From: a virus
Virus record (IMG/VR): IMGVR_UViG_3300037307_000400
Length of the DNA stretch: 64,000 nt
Reading direction: 5' to 3' (one strand)
Shown here: piece after piece, positions 50,764 to 59,869 of the stretch
Numbering within the stretch: the first letter of the stretch is position 1
How the letters are laid out: each line of letters starts with the position of its first letter
Notes under the pieces: model-generated
What the model was told of the DNA's origin: nothing
The model's database searches: none
Seen by the model: the letters and a program-made list of their open reading frames with translations, nothing else
Translations under genes and position numbers: made by a program

Positions 50764-50856
50764 GAAAAAAGCGGCTCGTGGCAGCACCGGGGATCAAAGG
50801 CGTTCTGTTTTTGGGAGAGCAACACAGGAGGAGGAACGCCCCGACTGCCACGAGCC
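50764..50856 (-). terminator. Large stem-loop with U-tract (terminator/attenuator or structured RNA)
   Basis: 12-bp stem GGCTCGTGGCAG / CTGCCACGAGCC enclosing nested stems, followed on the minus strand by GCTTTTTT. Confidence 0.6.
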
Positions 50857-50860
50857 TTAG

Positions 50861-51637
50861 TCAGTAGCTTCCCACAGAAGCCAGGTTGGTCACAATCCTG
50901 TCCGAGAACTGTTCGATCACATTTTTCCCGATCAGGAAGCCTGTGACGTCGACCTCGAAGAACGCGACCGGGAAGGGGATCGGGCGGAAGCAAGCGACCC
51001 GGAAGTTGACCCGCTTGTTCTCGCTGACGAGGTAGGTGAAGGGCATGGTCAGGTGGCTGTCCCGACGATGCCGCTGGGGCAGCGTCGAGAGCCCCGAGGC
51101 CGAGGGCCCCGTCGCCTGCTCGGCGCGCAGGCGCGCGAACACGCTCGGCGCCACACCGCTGATCCCGTCGCCCGGGATCAGACCAGCGTTCTCCGAAGAG
51201 GCGGAGGAGTCCGTCGCGAGCGCCGGGTTGCTCGGCTCGAGCTGGTACTCGATGTTGTCCATCCGCGAGTCGGTGAAGAGGACGTCGTAGCCGACGCTCG
51301 TCGAGAGCCTGCGGTCCTCCAGCTCCTCCGTGTCACCAGGGATGAGCCCGCTCGGGACGTAGATCGCGAAGCGCGTGTCCAGCATCACGAACATCATCTT
51401 CGACGGCACGTCGATGGCGCCCAGCTCGAACGAGAAGGGCCGCTCAGGCGACGCCGTGAGCGTGCCGTCTACCGTGTTGCGGCGGAAGACGCGCTCAAGC
51501 GGCGTGATGTTCTTGGGCGTGATCAGAGTCGAAATCTGATTCCCTGCGAGGTTCACCCGCAGGGCGTCAGTTCCAAACCGCTGAACCCCGACCCCGGCCT
51601 GAGAGAAGGCTGACTCCAGGTTGCTGATCTGGTTCAT
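50861..51637 (-). CDS. Putative jelly-roll-like capsid protein 3
   Basis: Beta-rich; terminal strand FEVDVTGFL; tandem with two similar genes. Confidence 0.5.
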   Translation of the reverse strand: MNQISNLESAFSQAGVGVQRFGTDALRVNLAGNQISTLITPKNITPLERVFRRNTVDGTLTASPERPFSFELGAIDVPSKMMFVMLDTRFAIYVPSGLIPGDTEELEDRRLSTSVGYDVLFTDSRMDNIEYQLEPSNPALATDSSASSENAGLIPGDGISGVAPSVFARLRAEQATGPSASGLSTLPQRHRRDSHLTMPFTYLVSENKRVNFRVACFRPIPFPVAFFEVDVTGFLIGKNVIEQFSDRIVTNLASVGSY

Positions 51638-51661
51638 CGAGAGTCACCCTACCACGAGTGC

Positions 51662-52594
51662 TCAGTAGAACCCAGCACCCGGCGGCTGGATCAGCCGGTA
51701 CCCGTGGAAGCCGATGGTCAGCACGCCCTGGGGCGCGCGGACGATGGGGTCTTCCGTCACCCCGTCGATGTTCGGGTCGCTGATGCCCTCGACGCTGTCC
51801 CACTGCGAGCTGGAGAAGGGGAACAGCGGGTTCGGCGCGCCGAAGCCGAACACGTTGCCGAACGAGGCGTTGTTCGCGTGCGTCGGCAGCACCTTGAACG
51901 TGAGCACCTCGCCACGCTCAAAGAAGTCGAGGGCGCCGAGGTCGAACGGCTCGTTGATGTTGCGGGTCCAGAAGGTGCTCGGCACCTCGATGTTCGAGCG
52001 CGGGTAGCTCGAGCCCGCGTTCTCGAACTTGATGCGGAAGTCGCCTTCCATCGAGCGGAAGGGACTCGCGTTCGCGGGGCTGACGACGTGCGGAGCGCCC
52101 GTGCCGGGGAAGGCCACGCTCTGCGTCACGCACGAGAGCGGCTGCCCGTCGTTGAGGTCCCACGCGCTGTGGATCGGACGGTACCGCCCGAAGCTCCGAC
52201 CGGAGAAGACGGACTTGGCGCCGGTCTGTGGGTCGACGCGCTCGAACTGGTACTGAGACAGGAAGGTCGCGAAACGCGCCGTCGCGATGAACGGACCCTC
52301 CTGGGAGATCTGAATCGTGCCCTGCTGCACGCTGGTGATGTTCGGACCAATCGGGATGTCCACGATGTAGTCGAACGGCACGCGGCGGCCGGGGATGTTC
52401 TCGATCCGCTGAATGCCGGGGCTCTCGCCACCGGATACCTGGACGCGGCTGAGCGCGCTCGACAGGTCGCGGAGTTGCTGCTGCTGGGCCTGAAGCTCCT
52501 GAAGGAGTCGGCCGTTGGTCGCGCGCGAGTTCGCGACTTCCTGCTCGAGCTGCTTGAACTTCGAGAAGATTGCCGCCTGCATGCTGGATTCCAT
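51662..52594 (-). CDS. Putative jelly-roll-like capsid protein 2 with N-terminal coiled coil
   Basis: SD AGAGG before MESS; terminal strand LTIGFHGYR. Confidence 0.55.
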   Translation of the reverse strand: MESSMQAAIFSKFKQLEQEVANSRATNGRLLQELQAQQQQLRDLSSALSRVQVSGGESPGIQRIENIPGRRVPFDYIVDIPIGPNITSVQQGTIQISQEGPFIATARFATFLSQYQFERVDPQTGAKSVFSGRSFGRYRPIHSAWDLNDGQPLSCVTQSVAFPGTGAPHVVSPANASPFRSMEGDFRIKFENAGSSYPRSNIEVPSTFWTRNINEPFDLGALDFFERGEVLTFKVLPTHANNASFGNVFGFGAPNPLFPFSSSQWDSVEGISDPNIDGVTEDPIVRAPQGVLTIGFHGYRLIQPPGAGFY

Positions 52595-52653
52595 GTTCGT
52601 ACCTCTTGCTGAGAGTGCCGGGCTTTGCCCGTTCCGAATTGAGGGGTGCGCTG

Positions 52654-52676
52654 CCCCGGGCACGGCGTGCCCGGGG
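52654..52676. promoter_or_regulatory. GC hairpin downstream of the putative major capsid gene
   Basis: CCCCGGGCAC-GGC-GTGCCCGGGG. Confidence 0.5.
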
Positions 52677-52722
52677 CCCCTGCGCGAGGGTGTGAGTCCC
52701 GGCTACGGGACCCTTGGACTGC

Positions 52723-54231
52723 TCACTGAACGTCGCGGCTGTAGAGGCCATCGAAGGTCATGGTGATGACCTTCTGGATGGCGTCGACGGCGTTGAGGTT
52801 GTCGCGAAGCGACAGCATGTTGCGGCTGCCCTGGCGCGTCTCGAACGTCTGCGCCTGGCCGTTGTCCTCCATCTGGAAGATGCGGAACTTGGCGAGGATG
52901 TTCTGACGCGGGGGGAGCAGCACGGCGCGAGCGAGCTTCAGAATGCTCTGGTGCCCGTCGAAGCCGCTGTTCTGCCAGTGGATGAGGTCCGTCGCACCGG
53001 CCATGTCGCCCGAGAGGCCACCGCCCGCGGGGAAGTACCAGACCGGCATGTTGTCGATGGAGTTCTTCAGGCCGGTGCCGAAGGACAGGTGGAGCTGCTC
53101 CTCGGTCTGCCAGAAGAGACGGTACACGTCCTTGATGGTGCCGGGCGCGTTGCCGACGCCGGGACCGCCAGTGAGCCACGGCGTGAGCGTGCCGTAGTCA
53201 CCGTTGAGGCTGACCTCGCCCGGAGCGCCGCCGGCCTGGCGGAGGATCGGGTTGCGGTACCAAACGAACACGCGCAGAGCGAGCGTGACGTGCGACTGGT
53301 CAGACGGCAGAGTCGAGCCGTTGACGAGGTTGGTGTTCGCCTCGGAGCGGTTTCCGCCGTTGGTGAACAGGTCGATGTTGTCCGACAGGAGGCCGGGCGT
53401 GAGGCCGGCAGTACGAATGAGCGTGTCCCAGACAGATGTTACGCAGGCTGTTTGCACCTGCTCTCCTCGTTTCCAAGGAGTATCGGACTATATCACCGCC
53501 TCAGTGGAACTGAGGCGTCGGGCACTCGTGGGGCGGATTATCGGTGGAACTCACCGCCCTAGTCTCTACACCTTCCGACTCCCATCCCCCCGGAGAGGGG
53601 GTTCCTGAGTCGGCTTGGTTCGGGATTACCTCGCGGAGGATGTCAATCACATCCGCAGGGGCTTCCCCGCCGTTTTTCTTCAGTTGCGACATTGTTCCCA
53701 ACACCGCAACATCGAGTTGTGTCGGACGGTAGCACCGCTCGCGGCAAGCTCTCCTGAGAAACCAAGCTACCACTTCCGCCTCAGTCCGCTTCGCGGTCAG
53801 GTGCGGGAGTAGCGCCTCCGTGATTTTCAGGAGCGCATGCTTCTTCTGGACATGAATCCAGTATTGCCAGCGAGTGGCTCTCTTGCCTTTCCAGACTTTC
53901 CGAACCTTCGGATACTCAACGCCTGCGGCATCGAGGATTTTGGAGATCCGATCAATCATGGACTTGGAGGTGTTGCAGATCACAAGCCAGAGCTGATAGC
54001 TCGTGCGCTTCCCCGGCTGGTACGTCTGACGAATGATCGGACGCTTCAAAGAGAAGCACCCCTCACCGTCTACGATGCCTGCCAGCCAGGCTAGATCTGT
54101 TTCAGCAACCAACGACATACTCTCAAAAAACAGTTTGATTCACCCGATTCTCACCCCCAGATCACTCTGAGGGGCCGCCCTTAGGCCGACGGCTGATGAA
54201 CGCGCTCGCGCACGGTAACGATCTTCGGCAT
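52723..54231 (-). CDS. Putative major capsid protein, split: join(54231..54189, 53432..52723), 250 aa
   Basis: Splicing gives MPKIVTVRERVHQP-F-WDTLIRTAG in frame. SD AAGGA and a structured leader upstream; beta-rich with terminal strand ITMTFDGLY. Capsid function is inference. Confidence 0.7.
53433..54188 (-). ncRNA. Group I self-splicing intron (756 nt)
   Basis: 5' exon ends in U, with P1 GCCGU/GCGGC and a U.G pair. P3 UCGGGU/GCCCGA; P- and Q-like elements GCGGGGAAGCC and AAUCCCGAACCAAG; R GUAGAGACUAG; S GAUAUAGUCC; terminal G. Confidence 0.92.
53501..54118 (-). CDS. Intron-encoded single-motif LAGLIDADG homing endonuclease
   Basis: LAWLAGIVDGEGCF; its C-terminus is read through the intron core. 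Confidence 0.9.
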   Translation of the reverse strand: MSLVAETDLAWLAGIVDGEGCFSLKRPIIRQTYQPGKRTSYQLWLVICNTSKSMIDRISKILDAAGVEYPKVRKVWKGKRATRWQYWIHVQKKHALLKITEALLPHLTAKRTEAEVVAWFLRRACRERCYRPTQLDVAVLGTMSQLKKNGGEAPADVIDILREVIPNQADSGTPSPGGWESEGVETRAVSSTDNPPHECPTPQFH

Positions 54232-54396
54232 AACTTTCTACTTTTCCTTGGGTTACCGAGTTTTAGGAGGCTTGGTTCCTCCACGACCCGAGAGGCCCAG
54301 AAATTGGACCCCTTCAACGCCCTGTGCCCAGGCCCCCGCGAAGGGGCTCTGGGCTGGGGCGGGCCATTCGAGTGGCCCTCGAGCTAGCGTCTCAGC

Positions 54397-56100
54397 TCAG
54401 CCGAAGACGCCCTGCCCTCCGCCGGCAGACAGGATGCCCGCCGGGATCTGCGCCGTGGCCATCTGCGACTGATCGATCGGACGAACGCCAGCCCAGATCG
54501 CAGGATTGGACTCACCGGGGATCCAGGTCTGCGAGGTGGCGACCGAACTCACGGTGTTACCGAGGCCAGCCGCCGCCTGAAAAGGGCCCATCGCGCCGAC
54601 CCCCGCGGCAGCCTCTGCGATGCTCAGCTCGCGGTCGAGGTTGCTCATGGGGTTGATGTGGTTGGAGTTCGAGGACTCCAGCGCACCGAACCCAGCAGCC
54701 GCCTGGTACATGTCGGGGTTCGCCTCATAGGCGCCCACGCCACTGCCGAAGTACTCGCCCATGCCAGCCTGCGCTTCGTAAGGCGCAGCGCCGAGGCCGC
54801 TCACGCCGCTGCCGAAGTACTCGCCGACACCGCTGCCGAAGTACTCACCGATGGGCGAGTACATGGGCATGATGTTCGAGCCGACACCGTACATGGCCGA
54901 GAGGCGCGCCGCGGTCGAGTCCGAGCCGAGGCCCGAAATCTGTCCGGCGTACTTGGCCGTGCTGGCGTTGGCCTTGAGCACGTCGATGACCAGCGTGTGG
55001 ACGAACGACGCGACCATGCCGCCCGCGATGAGCTTGCGCTGATCGGCGTTCTTGACGTACTTCAGGGTCAGGTAGACGCCCAGAGCCGCCGTGACGCCGC
55101 CGCTGATCGTGCCCGAGTACTTGGAGAGCGACGCCGGGAGCAGGCCGAGGCCAGCCGCCGCCTTCGCATCCGCGGCAGGAGACTCCGCAGCGGACACAAC
55201 CGAGCCCTTGCTGTTCAGCAGGTTCTTCACGAGGCCCGTGAGCAGCTTGTGCCCGATCAGGCCCATGCCGACGAGCGCGCCGGTCTTCAGCCACTCAGTG
55301 GCCAGGCCAGCGATGCCGTTGCGCCGGAAGATCCTGCGCAGCGGGTTGCGACGCATCGCGCGACGGTTCCGACGCGGGGCCGCACGCCGGGTGCGCTTGT
55401 TGCGACGCGGAGCCGCGCGACGCACGCTCCGGCTGCGACGAATGCTCCGGTTGCGGCGCGGGGCTGCGCGACGAGCACGCTTGTTGCGACGAGGCGCCGC
55501 ACGACGCCGCCGACTACGGTTCGGCGTGACGATCTTACGCGAAGTGCGCTTGGGCGCAGCAGCCTTGCGCGCGGAGCGCTTGGTCGTCTTCGCCTTGCTG
55601 CGCGTCTTGGAGACACGACGCTTGGCCGTTGCGGGGCGCGCCGACTTGCGAGCCTTCTTGCTGCGCTTCTTGCGCTCTGCCTTGGGCAGAAGACCGAGCC
55701 GCGTCTTCCAGCCCCGCTTGCCCGCCTTGCTGTGCTTTGGCCGAACGTAGACGGTGATCTTCCGCTTGACCTTCTTCTCAGCGTAATTGCTGCGGACGCG
55801 CCGCAGACGAGAAAGACTCCTACGCATTTCACTACTCCTTGGATTTGAGTGTACGAGTCGGCCGGACGAAGAGCCGCCGGACCGCCCAACGACGCGCTCG
55901 ACGGCTGCGACAGCCGCTGCACGCCTCTTCGCTGGGCTGATGCCCAACATCTCCGACCGGGCGCTGTTACGCCGGTAGGACCCTCTCCCGTTGATCGCTG
56001 CGATGGTGCGGACGCCAGGGTTGTTCCGAACGTGTCGGTACGCCTTGACGTCTTCGCGGGAGATCCGCCTCACACTTACAGTCGGTCGTCGAACGGGCAT
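54397..56100 (-). CDS. Arg/Lys-rich core (DNA-condensing-like) protein with membrane segments and GEYFGSG repeats
   Basis: RRAAPRRN repeats, then hydrophobic helices, three GEYFGSG and several xGLGx motifs; start at MPVRRP. Confidence 0.75.
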   Translation of the reverse strand: MPVRRPTVSVRRISREDVKAYRHVRNNPGVRTIAAINGRGSYRRNSARSEMLGISPAKRRAAAVAAVERVVGRSGGSSSGRLVHSNPRSSEMRRSLSRLRRVRSNYAEKKVKRKITVYVRPKHSKAGKRGWKTRLGLLPKAERKKRSKKARKSARPATAKRRVSKTRSKAKTTKRSARKAAAPKRTSRKIVTPNRSRRRRAAPRRNKRARRAAPRRNRSIRRSRSVRRAAPRRNKRTRRAAPRRNRRAMRRNPLRRIFRRNGIAGLATEWLKTGALVGMGLIGHKLLTGLVKNLLNSKGSVVSAAESPAADAKAAAGLGLLPASLSKYSGTISGGVTAALGVYLTLKYVKNADQRKLIAGGMVASFVHTLVIDVLKANASTAKYAGQISGLGSDSTAARLSAMYGVGSNIMPMYSPIGEYFGSGVGEYFGSGVSGLGAAPYEAQAGMGEYFGSGVGAYEANPDMYQAAAGFGALESSNSNHINPMSNLDRELSIAEAAAGVGAMGPFQAAAGLGNTVSSVATSQTWIPGESNPAIWAGVRPIDQSQMATAQIPAGILSAGGGQGVFG

Positions 56101-56230
56101 AGCTGTCCACTCTTCGCAGAGCGGCAGTCTCCCCGGTGAGCGACTGTCCGGTACGGGATGCTCAGGAAGATAGAGTGAGCTTCCGCGCCCGTCAAACAAA
56201 TTCTAGTGCAACTGCACTAAGCAGACTTAG

Positions 56231-57274
56231 TCAGCCTACGATGCCGTCCTTCAGGACGTTGAGCTTGCTGCCCGTCACGACGGCCACGACACCTTGCGAG
56301 TCGTAGACCACGAGGAACGTCTTACCGTCCTTGAATTTGCCGGCGCCGAGCGTGCAGCGCGGCCACTTCAGGTCGACGAACTCACCGAGGGACTTGCCTC
56401 GAGCATCGGTGAAGAGCTGCGCCTGGATCGAGATGAACTTCGCGAGCACCGCGAACGAGTCGGGGAACTTCCCCTTCATGCTGACCTGCGGGCCCATGAG
56501 CTTGAGCCCGTCTCCGCGCGCGATGGTGCCGGGCACGACGAAGAGCTGTTGCGGGCCCTCCTTGACGTGCTTGTAGTCGAAGGCCTTGCCGTCCTTCTGC
56601 CACTTGTCGGAGTTGTACATCACCGCCTCGCACTTCCCGATCTCTTGCAGGGTGCTCGGCCACTCCCAGCCAGGCGTCCACTTCCTGCGATGCGGCTCGT
56701 CGCGGAAGTTCTCGCGGATCTTGATCGACTGCTCGAGCGACGAGCGCTCCGTGCCGTTGCGCACGACAGACCTGGACTTGGCGATCAACTCTCGCGCCTG
56801 CGCGATCAGCTCGTTCGCCCTGGCCAGCGATGTCACCAACTGCAAGGTTCCTCGTGCCGCACCAGGAGATCCGGCCATGAGTTCAAGGCAGACTCGCATT
56901 CCAAGTCCGTAGTACTCATGGTCTGGCCCGTGCGTGGCAATCTCTTTGTCGGTGACGCGCTCGAGGTACGCCTTGGACTTGCCTTCCTGGCGAAGCCGCG
57001 CAATCTCCGCAACGCCGCGCAGAATTTCTGACTCGATGAACTCGGGCCCCACTTCCCGCCAAGGACTTCGAGCGTTCGAGCGCACGACGCCTTCGGACTT
57101 CTGCCATGCGGCCTTCGCCCGCCGGAAGCTCTGCTTGGCTTCCTCGAGGCGGTTGCAGCACGCGAGCCCGATCCCCTCGGACTCATAATCCCAGTGCGGG
57201 CAGTCCTCTTCCGCGTAGTTCAGCTCCTGCCGGGCCTTCTGAAGCGCAATCAGTGGGGTGTGTCGCATCGTCAA
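56231..57274 (-). CDS. Modular hypothetical protein, probable core-associated
   Basis: Three segments separated by VVRSN and VVRNG; C-terminal YNSDKW..DYKH..LNVLKDGIVG domain. Confidence 0.65.
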   Translation of the reverse strand: MTMRHTPLIALQKARQELNYAEEDCPHWDYESEGIGLACCNRLEEAKQSFRRAKAAWQKSEGVVRSNARSPWREVGPEFIESEILRGVAEIARLRQEGKSKAYLERVTDKEIATHGPDHEYYGLGMRVCLELMAGSPGAARGTLQLVTSLARANELIAQARELIAKSRSVVRNGTERSSLEQSIKIRENFRDEPHRRKWTPGWEWPSTLQEIGKCEAVMYNSDKWQKDGKAFDYKHVKEGPQQLFVVPGTIARGDGLKLMGPQVSMKGKFPDSFAVLAKFISIQAQLFTDARGKSLGEFVDLKWPRCTLGAGKFKDGKTFLVVYDSQGVVAVVTGSKLNVLKDGIVG

Positions 57275-57591
57275 CTCCTGAGCACCTTGCCCGCGAGCGT
57301 ACCAAAGCTCTTGGACACGTTCCGCAGGTACTTGCGCTCCTCGCTCGACAGGGACGACTCGGAGCGCACGTCCTCGTCCAGGTCGTTTGCGAGATCCATC
57401 AGGTACCGAAACAGCGCCTCGCGGTCATCCGGGTGCGTCGGAAGCAACATCTCGCCGCGCCGCGTATCGACAAGCGAGAGGAACAGCTCTGTCTCGGGCG
57501 GATCGAACTCCGGGTCGAACCCGTCCATGAGTTCCACCTCGATGTAGCTGAGCACGCTCTCAGACAGGCGCACGCGATCTCGAGCACTCAC
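57271..57591 (-). CDS. Acidic hypothetical protein
   Basis: Coupled ORF. Confidence 0.55.
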   Translation of the reverse strand: MSARDRVRLSESVLSYIEVELMDGFDPEFDPPETELFLSLVDTRRGEMLLPTHPDDREALFRYLMDLANDLDEDVRSESSLSSEERKYLRNVSKSFGTLAGKVLRS

Positions 57592-57905
57592 AACACCCTC
57601 CGCTTCGTGAGGTACCAGCCCGCGCCGAGCCCGACCGCGATCCAGAGCGCCCAGCTCGGCACGAGGCTCGTCAGGCTGCCCAGCATGCCCCGAGACATCG
57701 GCACGATGGCTCCTCGAGCGAGGACGCCCGAGCCGACGTAGCGCGCGCCAGAGGGGGCGTCACGGCCCGCCTGCAAGCTCGCTACGCCGATGGCGCTCGT
57801 CTGCGAGAGCACGGGCTTGGGCAGGTCGTCGCCGAGCGCGACGTCCCGGCCGCCTTCGAGGTAGTCGTAGCCACCCTTCACGGGGTTCCAGCGGCTGTAG
57901 ATCAT
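57588..57905 (-). CDS. Tail-anchored protein
   Basis: MIYSRWNP start; GMLGS; WALWIAVGLGAGWYLTKRR. Confidence 0.7.
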   Translation of the reverse strand: MIYSRWNPVKGGYDYLEGGRDVALGDDLPKPVLSQTSAIGVASLQAGRDAPSGARYVGSGVLARGAIVPMSRGMLGSLTSLVPSWALWIAVGLGAGWYLTKRRVL

Positions 57906-58855
57906 GCCGAGCGCTCCTTCTGGATCGTCCGCGCGACCCCGAACACCTGCCGCACGAGGAACGGCGCGAACATCACCCCGAGCACGACCAGGCCACCGAA
58001 CACGAGGGCCTTCGTGATGCCGCCTGCAATCGCAGCCATGTCCCACGTCGGCAACTTCGAGAGGGCCGACTCGGTGCAAGCCAGGCGCGCCTTCTGGTCG
58101 GTGAACGTCGAGCACTGCTCGGCGATGATCTTGTTGACCGTCGAGATCTGGTACATCGCCACGATCACCATGGCTGCCGCGGCAATCGCAGCCACGCCAA
58201 GGATCGCGATGACGCCCGCGGGCAGCGCGCCCACGCCGCTGCGGCTCTGCTTGGCGCGGTCGAGGTAGCCGTTGCGGTCGAGGTTGCCGATGGCGAGCAG
58301 ACCATCACGCACGGCGCTCGCGTGGTACTGGAGGGCCTTCTCCGCGTTCGAGATCAAGAGCACGGCGCGGTCTTGGGTGATGCGCTTGCCCTGGACCTCC
58401 TTGGCCATCCGAGCCTCGACCGTGCGCAGGAACGCCGTGGCTGCGCCCGAGACGTGAAGGTTGTAGCCGTACTCCAGGTGCTTGAACGCGGTGCCGACGA
58501 AGATCACGAGCACGTCCGCCACGACGTTCATGCCGCCGCCCGAGAACGTCTCCCACGCGATGGTCCCCGCGCTCTTGGTCTTGTCCCAGAAGCCCTTCGT
58601 CGAGTCGAACATCTGCTTGGCAGCGTCCGTCGCAGCGTGCGAGGAGATTGCCTCGGGCCGGAAGTCGAGCGCGGTGAACGCTCGCAGGGCCTGGTCGTAG
58701 GGCCCGTACATGTAGCTCTGGTAGTTCGAGCGCACGCCGACCTGACCCCAAGGGATCGGCGCGGCGCCCTCGAAGTAGTTGATGAGATCGAAGATCCAGG
58801 GGTTGTCGATGCGGAACGACTCGACCTGGCGCTCGAGTTCGGCGACGGTCGCCAC
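57902..58855 (-). CDS. Multi-pass membrane protein
   Basis: Three hydrophobic segments, the last near the C-terminus. Confidence 0.7.
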   Translation of the reverse strand: MATVAELERQVESFRIDNPWIFDLINYFEGAAPIPWGQVGVRSNYQSYMYGPYDQALRAFTALDFRPEAISSHAATDAAKQMFDSTKGFWDKTKSAGTIAWETFSGGGMNVVADVLVIFVGTAFKHLEYGYNLHVSGAATAFLRTVEARMAKEVQGKRITQDRAVLLISNAEKALQYHASAVRDGLLAIGNLDRNGYLDRAKQSRSGVGALPAGVIAILGVAAIAAAAMVIVAMYQISTVNKIIAEQCSTFTDQKARLACTESALSKLPTWDMAAIAGGITKALVFGGLVVLGVMFAPFLVRQVFGVARTIQKERSA

Positions 58856-58858
58856 GGC

Positions 58859-59131
58859 TCAGCCCTTCCGCTTGCTGGCCTTGTAGGCGACGAAGCCGAG
58901 AGCAAGCCCGCCGAGGACGTAGCCCCACGTCGGCACCTGCCGCAGCGCGACCTTCACGTCGTCCATCGTGCCTCGGAGCGTGTTGTCCTGAAAGTAGCCC
59001 TCGTCGTAGGGGCTGCGGAAGTGCGCGACGCTCCAGTACGACCGGCCCGCGGGGCTCGCACCGAGTCCCTGGAGGTAGTGCGCACCGTCGAACGGCGCCT
59101 GGTAGTCCGAGATTCCAACGTAGCGTCGCAT
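58859..59131 (-). CDS. Small tail-anchored protein (QGLGA)
   Basis: WGYVLGGLALGFVAYKASKRK. Confidence 0.75.
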   Translation of the reverse strand: MRRYVGISDYQAPFDGAHYLQGLGASPAGRSYWSVAHFRSPYDEGYFQDNTLRGTMDDVKVALRQVPTWGYVLGGLALGFVAYKASKRKG

Positions 59132-59134
59132 GGT

Positions 59135-59869
59135 TCAGCGCTTCTTCTTGTAGAGGTAGTAGCCGACGCCGGCCGCGAGGAGAGCCCCCGCGCCGATCAC
59201 GAGCCAGGAGGTCGTGCTGCTCGAGCTGGTCTGGTACGCCACGGGCGGGGCCACCGGGCTCGGCCGCGGCACCACGGCGGGCGTCGGTGCGGGAGCAGGC
59301 GCGCCCGGCGCCGTGCTCGCGAGCGAGAGCGTCCGGCCCGCGCACGCGCGAGGCATGACCCAGTCCGGGCGCTGCTTGCTGTCGATGACAGCCTTGATGC
59401 CGCCGCACGTCTTGCCGCCGAGCTTGCCGTCCGTCGAGAGCGTCTCGAGCTGCATCTTGGGCAACAGGTCGTTGGCCGCGTACTGCACGTCCTTGGTCGC
59501 GAGGGAGAACGTGCCCCACGGCAGCCCGATCATGCCCTCCATGCTCGAGACACTGGTCGTCGCGGCGCCACAGTACTCCGAGATGCACTTCTGCAAGTTC
59601 TCGGCCCAGATCGCGTTGAACGAGTCGGTCCACTCCGTCGTGCCCGGCCCGTAGTTGATGTCGCCCTTGCTCTTGAGCAGGTTCAGGAAGTCGTTCGCCT
59701 GCTGGTTCGCCTGCTCGCTGCACCCCTTGAAGCCGAACTGGTCCCAGCACGTCGCGGGCACCTTCGCGAACGGGTCGACGGCGCCGAGCGCGCCGAGCCC
59801 CGCGACCGTCGTCGCGAAGATCCCCTCGCCGTTGCCAGACGCCCCGAAAATTCCGTGTCGCGTGTGCAT
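59135..59869 (-). CDS. Tail-anchored protein (AGLGALGA) with Pro/Ala stalk
   Basis: MHTRHGIFG start; WLVIGAGALLAAGVGYYLYKKKR. Confidence 0.75.
   Translation of the reverse strand: MHTRHGIFGASGNGEGIFATTVAGLGALGAVDPFAKVPATCWDQFGFKGCSEQANQQANDFLNLLKSKGDINYGPGTTEWTDSFNAIWAENLQKCISEYCGAATTSVSSMEGMIGLPWGTFSLATKDVQYAANDLLPKMQLETLSTDGKLGGKTCGGIKAVIDSKQRPDWVMPRACAGRTLSLASTAPGAPAPAPTPAVVPRPSPVAPPVAYQTSSSSTTSWLVIGAGALLAAGVGYYLYKKKR

Noticed and set aside
53433-53457. Track start MQTACV for the 244-aa ORF 52723..53457
   Set aside because: It lies in the 3' end of the intron, has no SD, and a clean upstream exon restores a better N-terminus.
53433-54188. Group II intron or free-standing endonuclease insertion
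   Set aside because: No GUGYG 5' end, domain V or RT ORF; group I P1, P3, P7 elements and the terminal G are present.
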